A DNA stretch of 64,000 nucleotides from a bacterium (GCA_963674965.2 CAXXFL010000007.1:832001-896000); one strand, 5' to 3'. Positions 29,589-39,627 are shown, counted from the first letter of the stretch. Translations and numbers: made by a program. Notes: generated by a model not told the origin, from the sequence alone.

Positions 29589-29767
29589 TATTATTCCTCC
29601 AGCGCGGCGCGAGCCTTAAGCGCGAGTCGCCGCCGTTATGATTTCTTGATCTGGACTTTTGGAGCGCGCCGCGGGCGAGTAATTTGGCCGGCGACGCCGG
29701 ATGGCCGTCCCGAATTCTATGGTAACCTCAATTTCCGCCGCTTTCCAAAAAGCATGGGGCTCCCGGG

Positions 29768-30418
29768 TCAGGTTTTCTTTTTAATCAGGTAAAGGGCCCC
29801 GACCGGACAGACCTCGACGCATTTGAGGCAGGCGTCGCAGTTCTGCTCGGACAGGGGCCGCCCGTCAAAGGTGGATACCGCGGTTTCCATCCCTCTTTGA
29901 GTGAAGTCCAGTATCCTGCATCCCGTCACCTCGTTGCAGACGTGGACGCATTTTCCGCAAAGCACGCAGCGGTTGGGATTGAGTCCGAAGTCGAACCGGC
30001 TGTCATCGATCGGAAAATCGGGCTCGATTTTGGGGAAAGATTTTGGTTTGAGCGCCAGTTTTCGCTCGCGGGCGATCCTTTGCAGCTCGCAGTTCTTATG
30101 CGCCGGGCAGTCCTTGCACTCGAGACGGTGGACGCTCATGATCAGCTCGAACCCGGTCTTCACCAGGCGGTCCACCTTCTCGCTCCTGGTGCGGACCACC
30201 ATGCCGGGCTGGACGCGAGTAGTGCATGAGGTTACCGGCGCGGGAAGTCCCTCGACCTCGACCACGCACAGCCGGCAGGCCGCGGGAATAAAGCCCATTT
30301 CCTCCATGGCGCAAAGGTTCGGTATATAAATCCCCGCCGTGAGGGCCGTCGCCAATATGGTCGCGCCTTTTTCGGCCTCGACCTTTTTTCCGTCTATTTC
30401 TATCTCGATCTTGTTCAT
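29768..30418 (-). CDS. HoxU/HydA-N-terminus/NuoG-like Fe-S subunit without catalytic domain
   Basis: [2Fe-2S] IPNLC...ACRLC...SC, His-ligated [4Fe-4S] HRLECKDCX5C, and two CX2CX2CX3C motifs. Start MNKIEI. Confidence 0.88.
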   Translation of the reverse strand: MNKIEIEIDGKKVEAEKGATILATALTAGIYIPNLCAMEEMGFIPAACRLCVVEVEGLPAPVTSCTTRVQPGMVVRTRSEKVDRLVKTGFELIMSVHRLECKDCPAHKNCELQRIARERKLALKPKSFPKIEPDFPIDDSRFDFGLNPNRCVLCGKCVHVCNEVTGCRILDFTQRGMETAVSTFDGRPLSEQNCDACLKCVEVCPVGALYLIKKKT

Positions 30419-30423
30419 CGTTC

Positions 30424-32373
30424 TCAATGCCCGCTTTTTTGTCCCTCGGGTCTTTTCTCGACCTCGGGCAGGTCCCGGAGGGGAGATATCTTTACCACCG
30501 CGTCGTACTCGGGAGGACAGACCCCCATGCAGGAGTCGCACTTCACGCAAAGGGACTGGTCCACGGCCTTGATCCGCTTCGAGGTGGTGTAAACGGCCTC
30601 GGGCGGACAGCTACCCACGCAGGCGTCGCACCCCCTGGCGCATTTTTCCGGCAGAATATAGTAAGCGGTAAAGGCCTTGCACACCTTGGCCCGGCACGTA
30701 TGATTGAGCACGTGCTCCTCGTACTCCTCCCTGAAGTAGCGCAGGGTGGTAAGGACCGGGTTGGGCGCGGTCTTTCCCAGGTTGCAAAGCGACCCGGCCT
30801 TGACGTCCTCGGCCATGCGCTCGAGCAGGTCAAGGTCCTCGATTTTGCCCTCCCCCCCCACGATCCGGTTCAGCACGTCGAGCATCTGCCTGGTTCCCAC
30901 CCGGCAAAAGGTGCACTTGCCGCAGGACTCGCGCTGAGTGAACTCGAGAAAATATCGGGCCGCGTCCACCATGCAGTTATCCTCGTCCAGGATCACCATG
31001 CCGCCCGAGCCCATGATGACCCCGGCCTTCCCCAGGCCGTCGAAGTCGATCGGAATATCGAGCTCGCTCTCGGGAAGGCAGCCGCCCGAGGGCCCTCCAA
31101 TTTGCACCGCCTTGAACTTCTTGTCCCCGGGGGGGCCGCCGCCAAGGTCGAAAATCACGCGCCTTAAGGTCGTTCCCATGGGAACTTCCACCAGGCCCGG
31201 ATTGGTGATCTTGCCGGCCAGGGCGAAAACGGCCGTGCCCTTGCTTTTCTCCGTCCCTATGGAGGAAAACCACTCGGGCCCCTCGGTGAAGATGAGGGGA
31301 ACGCCGGCCAGGGTCTTGACGTTATTGACCGAGGTGGGCAGACCGAAAAGTCCCTTTTCCGCCGGGAAGGGCGGCTTCACTCGAGGCATCCCGCGTTTAC
31401 CCTCGATCGAGGCGATCATGGCCGTTTCCTCGCCGCAGACGAAGGCCCCCGCCCCCTCGATCACCTCGAGGTCGAAGGACGCCCCCGATTCCAGGACGTT
31501 CTTGCCGAGAATGCCCGCCTCCCGCGCCTGGCGGATGGCCAGCTTGATCCGCTCGACCGCCAGGGGATACTCGGCCCGCACGTAAATAAATCCCCTCTCG
31601 GCGCCGGTGATAATGGCGGCCAGCAGCATTCCCTCCAGGAGGGCGTGGGGGTCGGACTCGAGTATGGTCCGGTCCATGAAGGCTCCCGGGTCGCCCTCGT
31701 CGGCGTTGCAGATGAGTATCCTTTCCGTCTCGGGGCTGCCTCTTAAAATCTCCCACTTGCGGCCGGTGGGAAAACCGGCGCCTCCCATGCCCCTAAGTCC
31801 CGCTCTTTTTACCATCTCCAGGTTTTCCTCGGGGGAACGGGACATGGCGTCCACCAGCCCCTTGTAGGCGCCGTTGGCCAGGGCGTCCACGAAGGAGTCG
31901 GGATCGATCGCCCCGCAGCGCCGGAGGAGTCTTCTCTCCTCCATGCCGTAGCGCGGGTAGTCCTCCATCCGGGGCAGGGACATATCGTTTTCCTCGGTGG
32001 CGGCGAGAAAGATATCGAAATAAGGGTCCTCCTCGGTAAAGAACTTCACCACCAGGTTCTTAACCAGGGGAGGATTGAGATGGTGGTAGATCATCCCCGG
32101 ATAACCGGGCCGCTTCACCGTCGCCATGGGCTCGGCGTAGCAGTGACCCATGCAGCCCACGTCGATCACGGGCACGTCCAGACCGAGCTTTGAGAAGTTC
32201 TCGATAAAGGCCTCCCTTACGGCGTCGGCCCCGGCCGAGCGGCCGCAGGTGGCCCTTCCCACCAGCACGTAGGAGGATGCCTCGTCGTGAAAGGCGCTCC
32301 ATTTCTCGAGGGACTTCTCGAATAGGGCCGAGTAGGCCTTGCTCGCGGCCTCGGCGTTATAAGGAGAACTCAT
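30424..32373 (-). CDS. NuoF/HydB-like FMN/NADH-binding subunit
   Basis: GLRGMGGAGFPTG, NADEGDPGAFMDR, GAFVCGEET, GGPSGG, ESCGKCTFCR. N-terminal thioredoxin-like [2Fe-2S] domain and C-terminal 2x[4Fe-4S] domain. Confidence 0.93.
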   Translation of the reverse strand: MSSPYNAEAASKAYSALFEKSLEKWSAFHDEASSYVLVGRATCGRSAGADAVREAFIENFSKLGLDVPVIDVGCMGHCYAEPMATVKRPGYPGMIYHHLNPPLVKNLVVKFFTEEDPYFDIFLAATEENDMSLPRMEDYPRYGMEERRLLRRCGAIDPDSFVDALANGAYKGLVDAMSRSPEENLEMVKRAGLRGMGGAGFPTGRKWEILRGSPETERILICNADEGDPGAFMDRTILESDPHALLEGMLLAAIITGAERGFIYVRAEYPLAVERIKLAIRQAREAGILGKNVLESGASFDLEVIEGAGAFVCGEETAMIASIEGKRGMPRVKPPFPAEKGLFGLPTSVNNVKTLAGVPLIFTEGPEWFSSIGTEKSKGTAVFALAGKITNPGLVEVPMGTTLRRVIFDLGGGPPGDKKFKAVQIGGPSGGCLPESELDIPIDFDGLGKAGVIMGSGGMVILDEDNCMVDAARYFLEFTQRESCGKCTFCRVGTRQMLDVLNRIVGGEGKIEDLDLLERMAEDVKAGSLCNLGKTAPNPVLTTLRYFREEYEEHVLNHTCRAKVCKAFTAYYILPEKCARGCDACVGSCPPEAVYTTSKRIKAVDQSLCVKCDSCMGVCPPEYDAVVKISPLRDLPEVEKRPEGQKSGH

Positions 32374-32912
32374 GAGTCCGGGTCCTTCGCCTCGGCCTCG
32401 AGAGCGGCCAGACGCTTGGCCTCCTTCTCTCTCTGAATGCTATGCTGGAGCAGGATGCCGTCAACCTTGGTGGGGGCCATCTGTCCTATTACCTCATCCC
32501 CCACGATGCTGACGGGGGCCATGGCGCAGGCGCCCACGCAGGCCACCCGCTCGATGCTGTACTCGCCGTCGGGGGTCCTCTCCCCCTCCTCTATCTCGAG
32601 TCTCCTTTTCCACTGGTCAAGGATGAGTTCTCCCTGCTTGATATGGCAGGCCGTTCCCATGCACACCCGGACGTGGCATTTGCCCGGCGGAGAGAACCGA
32701 AACTGATTGTAAAAAGTGGCGACCCCGAAGACGTTGGCCGGAGACACGCCGAGGTGCTCGGCTATATCGGCCATGGCCTTCTTGGGCACGTAGCCGAACT
32801 CGTTCTGTACTCTTTGTAAAATGGAGATGAGGTTCCGATAACCCTCCCACTCCTCGCCCAGAAGACGGCGAACGCCCTCCAATACTTCTTTTTCTTCCTC
32901 AGCCTCGTTCAT
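32370..32912 (-). CDS. NuoE/HydC-like [2Fe-2S] subunit
   Basis: LQ.VQ..FGY.P, VATFYNQF, CMGTAC, CVGAC. Confidence 0.93.
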   Translation of the reverse strand: MNEAEEEKEVLEGVRRLLGEEWEGYRNLISILQRVQNEFGYVPKKAMADIAEHLGVSPANVFGVATFYNQFRFSPPGKCHVRVCMGTACHIKQGELILDQWKRRLEIEEGERTPDGEYSIERVACVGACAMAPVSIVGDEVIGQMAPTKVDGILLQHSIQREKEAKRLAALEAEAKDPDS

Positions 32913-32957
32913 GACACTTCCAATCCGGGCATATCCGCCCGCCGCCGGCCACTCTCG

Positions 32958-34940
32958 TCAGCCTGCGGCCCATTCCCTTTGTTTTTTGAACTCCTCGATC
33001 CTGGCCGTGACGGTGGGAAAAATCCTCGCGTCGGTGTGGGGAAAGAACATGCCGGCCATGTAATTATCCATGAACGCGGGGTTGTCCCAGAACTCGACGT
33101 TGGTCATCATCCTGGCCGCTCTCTCGGCGTCGAAGAGGATTTCCGAGCTTCTCGTCACCATGGACGCGCCCCGCAGGGAGGAGTTGCCCACGAACTGGAA
33201 CTTGTTCCTGTCCACGTCGGGCAAAAGCCCTATGGTCACGGCGTTCTCGATGTCCAGCGTATTGCCGAAGTTCCCGGCCAGGTACACGTTCTCGATCTCG
33301 TCCATGGTCATGCCCACGTGCTCGAGCAGGGTATGATACCCCGCGTACATGGCGGCCTTGGCCCGAAGCAGGTTGTCCAGGTCGCCCTCCGTCAGGGTCA
33401 AGGCGGCGCCCGCGTCGGTCTTGTCGGCCGGGGCCAGAATGATCTCCGGACCGTTCGGGCCAATCCGCGTCAGGTCCGTCTTGGCCGCGAGGTTGACCTT
33501 GCCGTTGGGCTCGATAAGGCCGGCCTCGATAAGTCCGGAAACGGCGTTGATAAGGCCCGAGCCGCAAACGCCGCGAGCGGGCGCGCGTTTTATGGTGTCG
33601 TATTTCACCTCGAAGGATATGGGGTCGATAAGGAAGCGCTCGATGGCCCCCGCTCCCGCGTGCATGCCGCAGGTGATTCCTCCCCCCTCGAAGGCCGGGC
33701 CGGCCGACGCGCTGGCGGTAAGCAGGAAGTCCTTGTTACCCACCACCATCTCGCCGTTGGTGCCGATGTCTATAAGAAGAGACATGGCCTCGCGCTTATA
33801 CATGCCGGTGGCGATGACTCCGGCGACAATGTCGCCTCCCACGTAGGAGGCCACGGCGGGGAAGTTGTATATCCGGGCCCAGGGGCCGATGTTAATACCC
33901 AGCTCGGAGGCGAGGACGCTCCTTACGCTGAAGGCCACGGGCACGTAGGGCGATTCCCGAAGGTACCTGGCGTTAAGCCCCAAAAGGAGGTGGGTCATGG
34001 TGGTGTTGCCCGCCGCCACCAGGTGGGAAATCTCCCGAGGCTCGACGCCGCAGTCGGAACCCAGTCTCGAGATGACCTTGTTGATGGTCCCCACCACCTT
34101 GGCCTGCATGGTCTCCCGCCCTCCCGGCTTAAGGGAGTAGACTATGCGGCTGATCACGTCGGCCCCGTACTGCACCTGGGAGTTGTACTCGTTCAAGGTG
34201 CATTTGGCCTCGCCGCTGCCCAGGTCCATGACCTGGCCCGAGACCGTCGTGGTCCCTATATCTATGGCCAGGGCGAAGTGCCTGTCCCGGGCGTCCCCCG
34301 GCTCGACCCTTATAATGATGGGCAGATGAGGGTCGTGCTCGTCCTTGTCCAGGAAGGCGTCGCTCGCCCTAGACCAGATGAGGGTCACCGTCGCCTCCCA
34401 GCCGCCTTCCCTGAGGGCGTCGGGAAGATCGCGCAGGGCCGAGAGTTCCATTTGCGGATTTTCTATCCCGTGCTCGAGGCGCAGGGCCCTCATCAGCCGG
34501 GCCGCGTCGGCCACGTTATCCTCGGGCGTGGGGGGAGGGAGCTTGACGAAGACTTTCTTCAGGGGAGGATCGAATTTCCAGCCCGAGTTGAGGGCCTCGA
34601 TCATCTCGTTCGTAAGGTACTGTCCCGCGGGAGTGGGACGTCGCTCGTAGACGACCTCCGAGTCTATCCGGCTCTCGGAGGGAATGTTTATGGTCACGTC
34701 CCCGATGACCTCGGAGAGGCAGGCCTGGCGCCAGCCCTGGTCCAGTTCCTCCTGGCTCTGGGTGGACCCGGCCTCGGCTTTCACCTCGCCCTCGATGACC
34801 TTGACGCGGCACTGTCCGCAAACCCCGGCGCCCCCGCATGAAGCGTCAAGAACGATCCCGTTCTCGGATAGCGCCTCTAATAGATTGGTACCACGTTCGA
34901 CGTCGAAACTTACGTCGTCGGGCAATACGGTAACCTTCAC
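32958..34940 (-). CDS. acsV: Reductive activator of CoFeSP (RACo/AcsV, ASKHA ATPase)
   Basis: N-terminal CGGAGVCGQC [2Fe-2S], DIGTTT, GADVISRI, DIGTNGE, GPAFEG, GVCGSG. Confidence 0.92.
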   Translation of the reverse strand: MKVTVLPDDVSFDVERGTNLLEALSENGIVLDASCGGAGVCGQCRVKVIEGEVKAEAGSTQSQEELDQGWRQACLSEVIGDVTINIPSESRIDSEVVYERRPTPAGQYLTNEMIEALNSGWKFDPPLKKVFVKLPPPTPEDNVADAARLMRALRLEHGIENPQMELSALRDLPDALREGGWEATVTLIWSRASDAFLDKDEHDPHLPIIIRVEPGDARDRHFALAIDIGTTTVSGQVMDLGSGEAKCTLNEYNSQVQYGADVISRIVYSLKPGGRETMQAKVVGTINKVISRLGSDCGVEPREISHLVAAGNTTMTHLLLGLNARYLRESPYVPVAFSVRSVLASELGINIGPWARIYNFPAVASYVGGDIVAGVIATGMYKREAMSLLIDIGTNGEMVVGNKDFLLTASASAGPAFEGGGITCGMHAGAGAIERFLIDPISFEVKYDTIKRAPARGVCGSGLINAVSGLIEAGLIEPNGKVNLAAKTDLTRIGPNGPEIILAPADKTDAGAALTLTEGDLDNLLRAKAAMYAGYHTLLEHVGMTMDEIENVYLAGNFGNTLDIENAVTIGLLPDVDRNKFQFVGNSSLRGASMVTRSSEILFDAERAARMMTNVEFWDNPAFMDNYMAGMFFPHTDARIFPTVTARIEEFKKQREWAAG

Positions 34941-35054
34941 TTCCTACTCCTCGTTTCGAGCGATCTCCAGTACTGATTAGAGATGCTGGAGAAGACGTCA
35001 GGTTACAAAAACTTTCCCCTCGCGCTGAAAGGGTCGGGAATATCAATGCTTTCG

Positions 35055-35087
35055 CGCCAAAGCGGCCCGGGATGGACCGCTTTGGCG
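35055..35087. other. Stem-loop between folD and acsV (no U-tract on the transcribed strand)
   Basis: Perfect 11-bp arms CGCCAAAGCGG/CCGCTTTGGCG. Confidence 0.55.
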
Positions 35088-35097
35088 ACCTTTAATA

Positions 35098-35991
35098 TCA
35101 CTCGATGCCGGCGTGCACCTTGGCCGCGGTAATGGTGTTCTTCATAAGCATGGTGATGGTCATGGGCCCAAGTCCGCCGGGCACGGGCGTAATCTTGGAG
35201 GCCACTTCCTTGGCCGAGGCGAACTCGACGTCTCCCACCAGCTTGGTCTTCTTTTCGGCGTTGGGATCGGGGTTGGGAATGCGGTTGACGCCCACGTCCA
35301 GGACCACGGCCCCCGGCTTGAGCATGCTTCCCTTGATTACCTCGGGGACCCCGACGGCGGCGATAAGGATGTCGGCGCGCTTGGTGTGGAACTCCATGTC
35401 CTTGGTCCGGGTATGGCAAATGGTCACGGTGGCGTTGGCGCCCGCGGCCTTCTGGACCAGCATCATGGCCACCGGCTTGCCCACGATGTTCGAGCGGCCC
35501 ACCACCACCACCTCGGCGCCGGAGGTCTCGACCCCGGCCCGCTTCAATACCTCGATGCATCCGTGGGGAGTGCAGGGAAGGTACTTGGCGTCGCCGATCA
35601 TGAGACGGCCCACGTTCACGGGATGGAAGCCGTCAACGTCCTTTTCCGCGTCGATGGCGTAAAGGACCTTCTCTTCATTTATATGCTTCGGAAGAGGAAG
35701 CTGGACCAGGATGCCGTTGACTTTGGGGTCCTTGTTAAGCTCGTCGATCAGCTTTAATAGCTCCTCCTCGGGCCAGTCCATCGGCTTTCTATACTCGAAG
35801 GAAGTTATGCCAAGCTCGCCGCAGGTCTTGACCTTGTTCTTCACGTACACCTGGCTCGCGGGGTCCTCCCCCACCAATACCACCGCCAGGCCGGGAGTGA
35901 CGCCCTTTTCCTTAAGCTCGGCCACTTCCTTTTTCATCTCCTCGCGCATTTGCGCGGCGATCTCGTTACCACTGATAATTTCCGCCGTCAT
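35098..35991 (-). CDS. folD: Methylene-THF dehydrogenase/methenyl-THF cyclohydrolase
   Basis: PGLAVVLVGEDPAS.VYV..K, GILVQLPLP, KDVDGFHP, GRSNIVGKP, TPVPGG.GPMT. Confidence 0.97.
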   Translation of the reverse strand: MTAEIISGNEIAAQMREEMKKEVAELKEKGVTPGLAVVLVGEDPASQVYVKNKVKTCGELGITSFEYRKPMDWPEEELLKLIDELNKDPKVNGILVQLPLPKHINEEKVLYAIDAEKDVDGFHPVNVGRLMIGDAKYLPCTPHGCIEVLKRAGVETSGAEVVVVGRSNIVGKPVAMMLVQKAAGANATVTICHTRTKDMEFHTKRADILIAAVGVPEVIKGSMLKPGAVVLDVGVNRIPNPDPNAEKKTKLVGDVEFASAKEVASKITPVPGGLGPMTITMLMKNTITAAKVHAGIE

Positions 35992-36215
35992 TTCTCTCCT
36001 CCTTATTCCGGGATGAATAACCCGAGACTTTATTTGATATCCCCGGACGAACCCGTCCGAATTTTTACTTCTTGTCCCACGAATATCGCGCCCAAAAAAA
36101 TGCGCCCGGATAGAGAACCCACGGGAATTTTAACGCTTACTGCTTCAATGTGGCGGGCACTTCAAGGTTCGCGAGGTTGGGCCGTGATTTTCCCGATAAA
36201 TCGCGAATTAGTTGC

Positions 36216-36244
36216 ATTCTAGGGGACAAAACAGGCTTTGTCAA
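36216..36244 (-). promoter_or_regulatory. Sigma-70 promoter for the folD-acsV unit
   Basis: Minus strand TTGACA-N17-TAGAAT. Confidence 0.7.
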
Positions 36245-36463
36245 GGCCCCGCGGGCGCGAACCGGCGGCCTAAGAAACTTTTAATTTTCCGGCCGATTTG
36301 TGGATATTGCCCCTTTATCTTAGACTGTAAACATATAATCGGCGTCATCAAAAGGGAGGGACGGCCCGCGGGCTTATTTCAAGCGACGCCGGCGAACCGG
36401 CGAGGCCATCCCCTTTAACCGCGCATCCTGCTTCTTATGAAGTAACCGTGAAGGAGGGATGCC

Positions 36464-37939
36464 ATGAAGTTTCTTTCCGGTCGCTTGGGTCTTCGCGCCC
36501 GCATCTATGGGATCATTTTCTCTTTGGTCATGATATCCCTCACCGGCGGGGCCACCATGATCTGGTACACCTTCCAGATGGACGAGCTTATGCAAAACGT
36601 CATCGAGACGGACGTCCTGGCCCAGGAAATGGCCGGAGAGCTGGAAATAGCCCTGGTAAAACAAAAGGGCTTCGTGTCTTATTATTTCATCACCGGCGAC
36701 CAGAGATGGCTCGCCCTTCTGGATGAGCGCCGGGGCGAGTTCTCGAAGCTCCTTTCCGAGTCCCTGGCCAAGGCCGAGTCGGACGAGGAAAGGGAGACCC
36801 TTAACCAAATCGAGAGTGAATATGAAAATTACGTCGCCTCCAAGGACGAGGTCATCGAGCTGTATAAAGAGGGCAAAAGAGAAATCGGGGCCATGCAGCA
36901 CGAAAGGGTAAGGGAGCATTTCTTCAGGGTCCTGGACCTCACCGATAAATTTCGAGACTTGCACAAGAAAAAAATCCGGACCAGCCTGGAGGAGGCCCAT
37001 TCCCGCGCCGTGGGATACCGGGGCCTGGCCATGGGGTTGATGGGCTTTTCCCTGGTCCTGGCGGGCGTTCTCGCCTTTGTCCTTATCGTACAGATACTCG
37101 AGCCCATCAGGCGTCTTGCCCTCGACGGCGGCTCGCCACCCGTAAAAAAAGACACGGGAGACGATATAAGGGCCATAAGCAGCCGCGTGCATGACCTTAT
37201 CGAGGACGTCGATCTAAAGCGGGTCGAACTCGAGAAAAGCCGGGAAAAACTTATGGAAAGCGAGAAGATGGTGGTGGTGGGCAAGCTGGCGGCGGACGTG
37301 GCCCACAGCATCAGGAACCCCATGACCTCGATCAAAATGCGGCTTTTTTCGCTCGAGCGGGGCCTCGAGCTTACCCGGAACCAGCGGGAGGACTTCGAGG
37401 TGGTGTCCGAGGAAATGAGAAGACTCGACAATATTGTCCGCAACTTCCTCGAGTTCTCCCGCCCCCCCAAGCTGGAGACCCGGGTCATCAACGCGGCCGA
37501 CTCGGTCAACGAGACCCTCGAGCTTCTCCAGCACCAGATCGAGAGCCGGCGGGTCAAGGTTTTAAAACCCCAGCGCGCCGGCCTTCCCTCCATCCAGGCG
37601 GACCCCGAGCTGCTCAAGGAGGTGCTGGTCAACCTGGTGGTCAACGCCCTGGCGGCCATGGAGGAAGGCGGGACCTTGACCGTGTCCACCGAGGAGGGCG
37701 TGGCGGAATCGGTGGGACAAGCGGTCATCATCAAGATTTCCGACACCGGCCCCGGCATACCGGAGCGGCTTCTGGACAAGATACTCGAGCCCTTCTTCAG
37801 CACCAAGGAGGACGGGACGGGTCTTGGTCTCAGCATCGCGAGCAGGATTATCGGGGAACACGGGGGTTCCATGGATATAAGGTCCCAGGAGGGTCAGGGG
37901 ACCACCATTATCGTATCCCTTCCGATAATGGACGCCTGA
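36464..37939 (+). CDS. Sensor histidine kinase with periplasmic four-helix sensor
   Basis: Two TM segments, H-box AHSIRNP, NLVVNA, DTGPGI, PFFSTK, GTGLGL. Confidence 0.92.
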   Translation: MKFLSGRLGLRARIYGIIFSLVMISLTGGATMIWYTFQMDELMQNVIETDVLAQEMAGELEIALVKQKGFVSYYFITGDQRWLALLDERRGEFSKLLSESLAKAESDEERETLNQIESEYENYVASKDEVIELYKEGKREIGAMQHERVREHFFRVLDLTDKFRDLHKKKIRTSLEEAHSRAVGYRGLAMGLMGFSLVLAGVLAFVLIVQILEPIRRLALDGGSPPVKKDTGDDIRAISSRVHDLIEDVDLKRVELEKSREKLMESEKMVVVGKLAADVAHSIRNPMTSIKMRLFSLERGLELTRNQREDFEVVSEEMRRLDNIVRNFLEFSRPPKLETRVINAADSVNETLELLQHQIESRRVKVLKPQRAGLPSIQADPELLKEVLVNLVVNALAAMEEGGTLTVSTEEGVAESVGQAVIIKISDTGPGIPERLLDKILEPFFSTKEDGTGLGLSIASRIIGEHGGSMDIRSQEGQGTTIIVSLPIMDA

Positions 37940-37982
37940 CCATTCCGGGCGTAAAATAAGGGCCGCGATCGGGAGGCGAGAA

Positions 37983-39413
37983 TTGAGTTCCATATTGATA
38001 GTTGACGACGACGACCAGCTTCGACAAAGCTTCGCCCGGCTTCTGGCCGACGAGGGATACGACGTTAGGACGGCCACCACCGGCGAGCGGGGCATCGATG
38101 AGGTCAAGGCGAAATCGCCCGACCTGGTGATCATGGACGTGAGGATGCCCGGCATCAGCGGCATAAGCGCGCTCGATGAAATCCGGCTTCTCGACTCGAG
38201 GCTTCCCGTGATCATCATGACCGCCTTCGGCACCACCGAGACGGCCATCGAGGCGACGAAAAAAGGGGCCTTCGACTACATCCTGAAGCCCTTCGAGATA
38301 CCCGACGTGCTCGCCCTTATCGAGCGCGCCATCGAGGCCGGCCGCTTCATGCGCAACCGGGTCGAGATGGACGTGGCCCCCGAGAACGGCTCGACCGAGG
38401 CCATCATCGGCAAAAGCGAGGCCATGCAGGAGATTTACAAGTCCATCGGACGGGCCGCTCCCACCGACGCCACGGTCCTTATCAGGGGCGAGAGCGGGAC
38501 GGGCAAGGAACTCGTGGCCCGGGCCCTTTATCAGCACAGCCTTCGAAGCGAGAAGCCGTTCCTGGTCATAAACTGCGTGGCCATCCCCGAGACCCTGCTC
38601 GAGAGCGAGCTGTTCGGCTATGAAAGAGGGGCCTTTACCGGGGCCTCGAACAGGAAGATCGGGAAAATCGAGCAGGCCAGCGGCGGCACCGTGTTCCTGG
38701 ACGAGATCGGGGACATGCCCATCGCCATCCAATCGAAAATCCTTCGCCTGCTTCAGGAGAGAAGCATCGAGAGGCTGGGAGGCCGAGACCCTATTCCCGT
38801 CGACGTCAGAATCCTGGCCGCCACCAACAGAAACCTCGAGTCGGCCCTCGAGGAGGGCAGGTTCAGGGAGGACCTCTATTACAGGCTCAACGTGGTGACC
38901 ATCGAGTTGCCGCCCTTGCGGGAAAGGAAACCCGACGTTCCCCTCCTTGGCGAATATTTCCTGGCCCGGTTCGCGGGCGAAATGGGAATAGCCAACCCCG
39001 GCCTGGCGGAGGAGGGCAAAAAGGCGCTCCAACGTCATGACTGGCCGGGCAACGTAAGGGAGTTGGCCAACGCCATCCAGAAGGCGATCATCTTCAACAG
39101 GGGAGGGCCACTGCAAGCCTCGGAAATATTCAACGCCATCAAAACCGACGGCCGAGACGCGGGCGGCGGGAGCGAGGACGCCGAGCCGACCATTAAAAGA
39201 TGGATACGGGACGAGCTTATGTCCGGGGACAGGGAAAACCTCTTCGCCCTGCTGGTGGACAAGGTCTCGAGCGTTATCATCAGCGAGGCCCTCACGCTGA
39301 CCGACGGCAACAGGTCTCGAGCGGCCAAGCTTCTCGGTCTGTCCAGGCCCACTCTCCAGTCGAAAATAGAAAAGTATCGGCTTCGAGTCGGAGCCAACGT
39401 AAAAAGCGAATAG
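37983..39413 (+). CDS. NtrC-family sigma-54-dependent response regulator
   Basis: Receiver domain, GESGTGKE, GAFTGA, FLDEIG, WPGNVREL, Fis-type HTH. Confidence 0.96.
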   Translation: MSSILIVDDDDQLRQSFARLLADEGYDVRTATTGERGIDEVKAKSPDLVIMDVRMPGISGISALDEIRLLDSRLPVIIMTAFGTTETAIEATKKGAFDYILKPFEIPDVLALIERAIEAGRFMRNRVEMDVAPENGSTEAIIGKSEAMQEIYKSIGRAAPTDATVLIRGESGTGKELVARALYQHSLRSEKPFLVINCVAIPETLLESELFGYERGAFTGASNRKIGKIEQASGGTVFLDEIGDMPIAIQSKILRLLQERSIERLGGRDPIPVDVRILAATNRNLESALEEGRFREDLYYRLNVVTIELPPLRERKPDVPLLGEYFLARFAGEMGIANPGLAEEGKKALQRHDWPGNVRELANAIQKAIIFNRGGPLQASEIFNAIKTDGRDAGGGSEDAEPTIKRWIRDELMSGDRENLFALLVDKVSSVIISEALTLTDGNRSRAAKLLGLSRPTLQSKIEKYRLRVGANVKSE

Positions 39414-39516
39414 GCCCCTCAGGCACCCCGGCGCGTCGGCGCCGCGCCCGCCTTCAAAAACGCGAGAGAAATCAACGCGTCCAGGGGGCCGCGCGGCCGG
39501 GGCCCGGCGATTTGGA

Positions 39517-39543
39517 CTTTACAGCCTGTAAAGAAAATCGACA
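39517..39543. promoter_or_regulatory. Candidate upstream activator site
   Basis: Palindrome CTTTACAG-C-CTGTAAAG overlapping TGT-N11-ACA, about 85-110 nt upstream of the -24 box. Confidence 0.5.
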
Positions 39544-39627
39544 CGCCGCGGCTCTTCCAGTCCCCTTTCTGAAAACATCTTTTCTTTAATTTCAGCAAGT
39601 TAACCATCCACGCCTTTTTTATCTCCT

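Noticed and set aside
29740-29770. Selenocysteine readthrough extending the Fe-S subunit into a catalytic domain
   Set aside because: The TGA follows a complete domain and a terminator-like hairpin with a T-run, and cooC starts 180 nt later.
29768-32912. Respiratory complex I nuoEFG or a complete hydrogenase
   Set aside because: No other nuo genes, the NuoG-like protein is only 216 aa, and no H-cluster or NiFe subunit is present.
35992-36215. ZTP or THF riboswitch before folD (also checked before fhs)
   Set aside because: Conserved core sequences of these riboswitches were not found by eye.
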